This document shows, in pieces, positions 61,190-64,000 of a DNA stretch of 64,000 nt. Position 1 is the first letter of the stretch. Every line of letters begins with the position of its first letter. This stretch comes from Macrostomum lignano (lineage: Eukaryota): assembly GCA_002269645.1 (NCBI GenBank), contig NIVC01000866.1, forward strand, positions 386,441 through 450,440, written 5' to 3'. The notes beneath the pieces were generated by a model that saw nothing but the letters and a program-made list of their open reading frames with translations, searched no databases and was not told the origin of the DNA. Both the position numbers and the translations under genes were made by a program.

Positions 61190-64000
61190 GTGAGAATGTA
61201 GCGAAGCTCAAGTGTCTTAGATCACTGAAGCATCAAATCTCTCAGATCCCTGAAGCATCAAATCTCTCGGATCACTGAAGCATCAAGTCTCTCAGATCAC
61301 TGAAGCTGAGTCTCTCAGTTCACTGAAGCATCAAATCTCTTAGATCACTGAAGCATCAAGTCTCTCAGATCACTGAAGCTGAGTCTCTCAGTTCACTGAA
61401 GCATCAAGTCTCTCAGATCACTGAAGCATCAAGTCTCAGATCACTGAAGCATCAAGTCTCTTAGATCACTGAAGCATCAAGTCTCTCAGATCACTGAAGC
61501 ATCAAGTCTCTCAGATCACTGAAGCATCAAGTCTCTTAGATCACTGAAGCATCAAGTCTCTCAGATCACTGAAGCATCAAGTCTCTTAGATCACTGAAGC
61601 ATCAAGTCTCTCAGATCACTGAATCATCAAGTCTCTTAGATCACTGAAGCATCAAGTCTCTCAGATCACTGAAGCTGAGTCTCTCAGTTCACTGAAGCAT
61701 CAAGTCTCTCAGATCACTGAAGCATCAAGTCTCTCAGATCACTGAAGCATCAAGTCTCTTAGTTCACTGAAGCATCAAGTCTCTCAGATCACTGAAGCAT
61801 CAAGTCTCTTAGATCACTGAAGCATCAAGTCTCTCAGATCACTGAAGCATCAAGTCTCAGATCACTGATGCATCAAGTCTCTCAGATCACTGAAGCATCA
61901 AGTCTCTCAGATCACTGAAGCATCAAGTCTCTCAGATCACTGAAGCATCAAGTCTCTTAGATCACTGAAGCATCAAGTCTCTTAGATCACTGAAGCATCA
62001 AGTCTCTCAGATCACTGAAGCATCAAATCTCTCAGATCACTGAAGCATCAAGTCTCTCAGATCACTTAAGCATCAAATCTCTCAGATCACTGAAGCATCA
62101 AGTCTCTCAGATCACTGAAGCTGAGTCTCTCAGTTCACTGAAGCATCAAATCTCTCAGATCACTGAAGCATCAAGTCTCTCAGATCACTTAAGCATCAAA
62201 TCTCTCAGATCACTGAAGCATCAAGTCTCTCAGATCACTTAAGCATCAAATCTCTCAGATCACTGATGCATCAAGTCTCTCAGATCACTGAAGCATCAAG
62301 TCTCAGATCACTGATGCATCAAGTCTCTCAGATCACTGAAGCTCCCAACTCCCATATTCTCAAGCTCCAGTCCCTTACCCATCCCCGCCAATTATCAGGT
62401 AAGCGAAGCGCTACAAGCCAAGGACCGTGTTGAGAAGCGCTGCATCGAGCTGGAGCGCCAGAACGAAGTGCTGACTAGCGAGGTTGCCGCCCTCAAAGCG
62501 CTGATCGAGCGAGCCTCGCCTTCGCTGTCTGAGTGCGGGCACCGGCGCACAGGGTCCTACTCTGATGTGCGACAGGCGGAGCAGCTGACGGACAGTGATA
62601 TTCAGAGCTTTGAGCTGGACCCGCTGGTCTACGGCGAGTTTCTGGACTGGTTGAATTCTCCCGGCTTGGATGCGAGCAAGTCCGCTTTTATGGACCGCAT
62701 TGTTAACAGGTGAGAGCCGTGGGATTCCAATCCACGAATCCTGGGATTCCAAGATCCCTAAATCCTGGGATTCCAATCCCTGAATCCTGGTATTCCAATC
62801 CCTGAATCCTGGTATTCCAATCCCTGAATCCTGGTATTCCAATCCCTGAATCCTGGGATTTCAATCCCTGAATCCTGGTATTCCAATCCCTGAATCCTGG
62901 GATTTCAATCCCTGAATCCTGGTATTCCAATCCCTGAATCCTGGGATTTCAATCCCTGAATCCCTGAATCCTGGGATTCCAATCCCTGAATCCTGGGATT
63001 TCAATCCCTGAATCCTGGTATTCCAATCCCTGAATCCTGGGATTTCAATCCCTGAATCCTGGTATTCCAATCCCTGAATCCTGGGATTCCAATCCCTAAA
63101 TCCTGGGATTCCAATGCTTAAATCCCGAGATTCCATTCCCTAAATCCTGGGATTCCAATCCCTGAATCCTGGGATTTCAATCCCTGAATCCTGGTATTCC
63201 AATCCCTGAATCCTGGGATTCCAATCCCTAAATCCTGGGATTCCAATGCTTAAATCCCGAGATTCCATTCCCTAAATCCTGGGATTTCAACCCCTAAATC
63301 CCGAGATTCCAATCCCTAAATCCTGGGATTTCAATCCCTGAATCCTGCTATTCCAATCCCTGAATCCTGGGATTTCAATCCCTGAATCCTGGTATTCCAA
63401 TCCCTGAATCCTGGGATTTCAATCCCTGAATCCTGGTATTCCAATCCCTGAATCCTGGGATTCCAATCCCTAAATCCTGGGATTCCAATGCTTAAATCCC
63501 GAGATTCCATTCCCTAAATCCTGGGATTCCAACCCCTAAATCCCGAGATTCCAATCCCTAAATCCTGGGATTTCAATCCCTGAATCCTGCTATTCCAATC
63601 CCTAACACCCCTAACCCAATCCCTAAATTATCCCACTCGATAATCATTCCTCGCTCCGCCCCGCAGAGACATTCGGTGCTGTCTCGAGTTCGCCAATCGC
63701 GACCTCGGCGCCCAGGTGATCGAGGCGGCCCTCACCAACCAGCTGCACATTGAGGCGCTCACCTCCAACCGCTCGGCGCCCCAGGGCAAGCAGCGCTGCT
63801 CGCTGATGAAGTCAAAGCTCTGTCACTATCGGGTTCGACTCTCTGAGAGCTCCGACGCCCCTTGGCACTATATATCCCACTGCGCCAGGAATAGAATCAT
63901 TGCCACCTGCAATCTGCTGCATTACCTGCGCTACGTACAGCAGGGCCTGCTGCCCAGCGCTACCAGCTCGGATAAATTCACCGAAATACAGAGTCACAGG
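60815..64000 (+). CDS. RAB3IP: Rab GEF Rabin8/RAB3IP/RAB3IL1 (Sec2 domain), partial: join(60815..61189,62399..62709,63667..>64000)
   Basis: Sec2 coiled coil ECLELHDSLFQEANRQ|VSEA...EVLTSEVAALKALI; LDPLVYGEFLDW; DIRCCLEF; CSL...CHYRVRL...WHYISHCARNRIIATCNLLHYLRYVQQGL. Junctions are phase-consistent; the gene runs off the window. Confidence 0.92.
61215..62340. repeat. 25-bp minisatellite (AGATCACTGAAGCATCAAGTCTCTC) in RAB3IP intron 1
   Basis: Visible. Confidence 0.95.
62399..62709 (+). CDS. RAB3IP: RAB3IP exon 2
   Basis: Acceptor TTATCAG; EVAALKALI; donor AG|GTGAG at 62710. Confidence 0.9.
62720..63600. repeat. 22-bp minisatellite (AATCCCTGAATCCTGGTATTCC) in RAB3IP intron 2
   Basis: Visible. 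Confidence 0.95.
63667..64000 (+). CDS. RAB3IP: RAB3IP exon 3 (truncated by window end)
   Basis: Acceptor CCCGCAG; C-terminal Rabin8 motifs; frame open to the window end. Confidence 0.9.

Overview
Eukaryotic (metazoan) genomic DNA with short GC/CpG-rich exons and introns mostly filled by intron-specific minisatellites. This architecture and gene content resemble the free-living flatworm Macrostomum (inference, not verified). Five spliced protein-coding genes can be rebuilt with phase-consistent GT-AG junctions. (1) An 8-exon DNMT1 (+, 1899-14094, ~1296 aa) with intact RFTS, BAH1, BAH2 and catalytic domains, but apparently no CXXC zinc finger, (GK)n linker or N-terminal DMAP1/PCNA-binding region. 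(2) EFHD/swiprosin (+, ~16032-18120) with two single-base homopolymer frameshifts and no evident start exon. (3) A 4-exon secreted F-type-lectin + PAN/Apple-like protein (+, 30241-34214). (4) PP2A B56 subunit (PPP2R5/widerborst type; -, 39445-44466). (5) Rabin8/RAB3IP-type Sec2 GEF (+, 60815 to window end). Mobile elements: a defective full-length D,D34D mariner, a long-armed foldback carrying a Tc1-like HTH remnant, several MITEs and two copies of a tRNA-derived SINE. Large intergenic blocks are nearly CpG-free and CTAG/TpA-rich, while exons and young repeats keep CpG. This suggests methylation-driven decay of old repeats, which is notable beside an atypical DNMT1.
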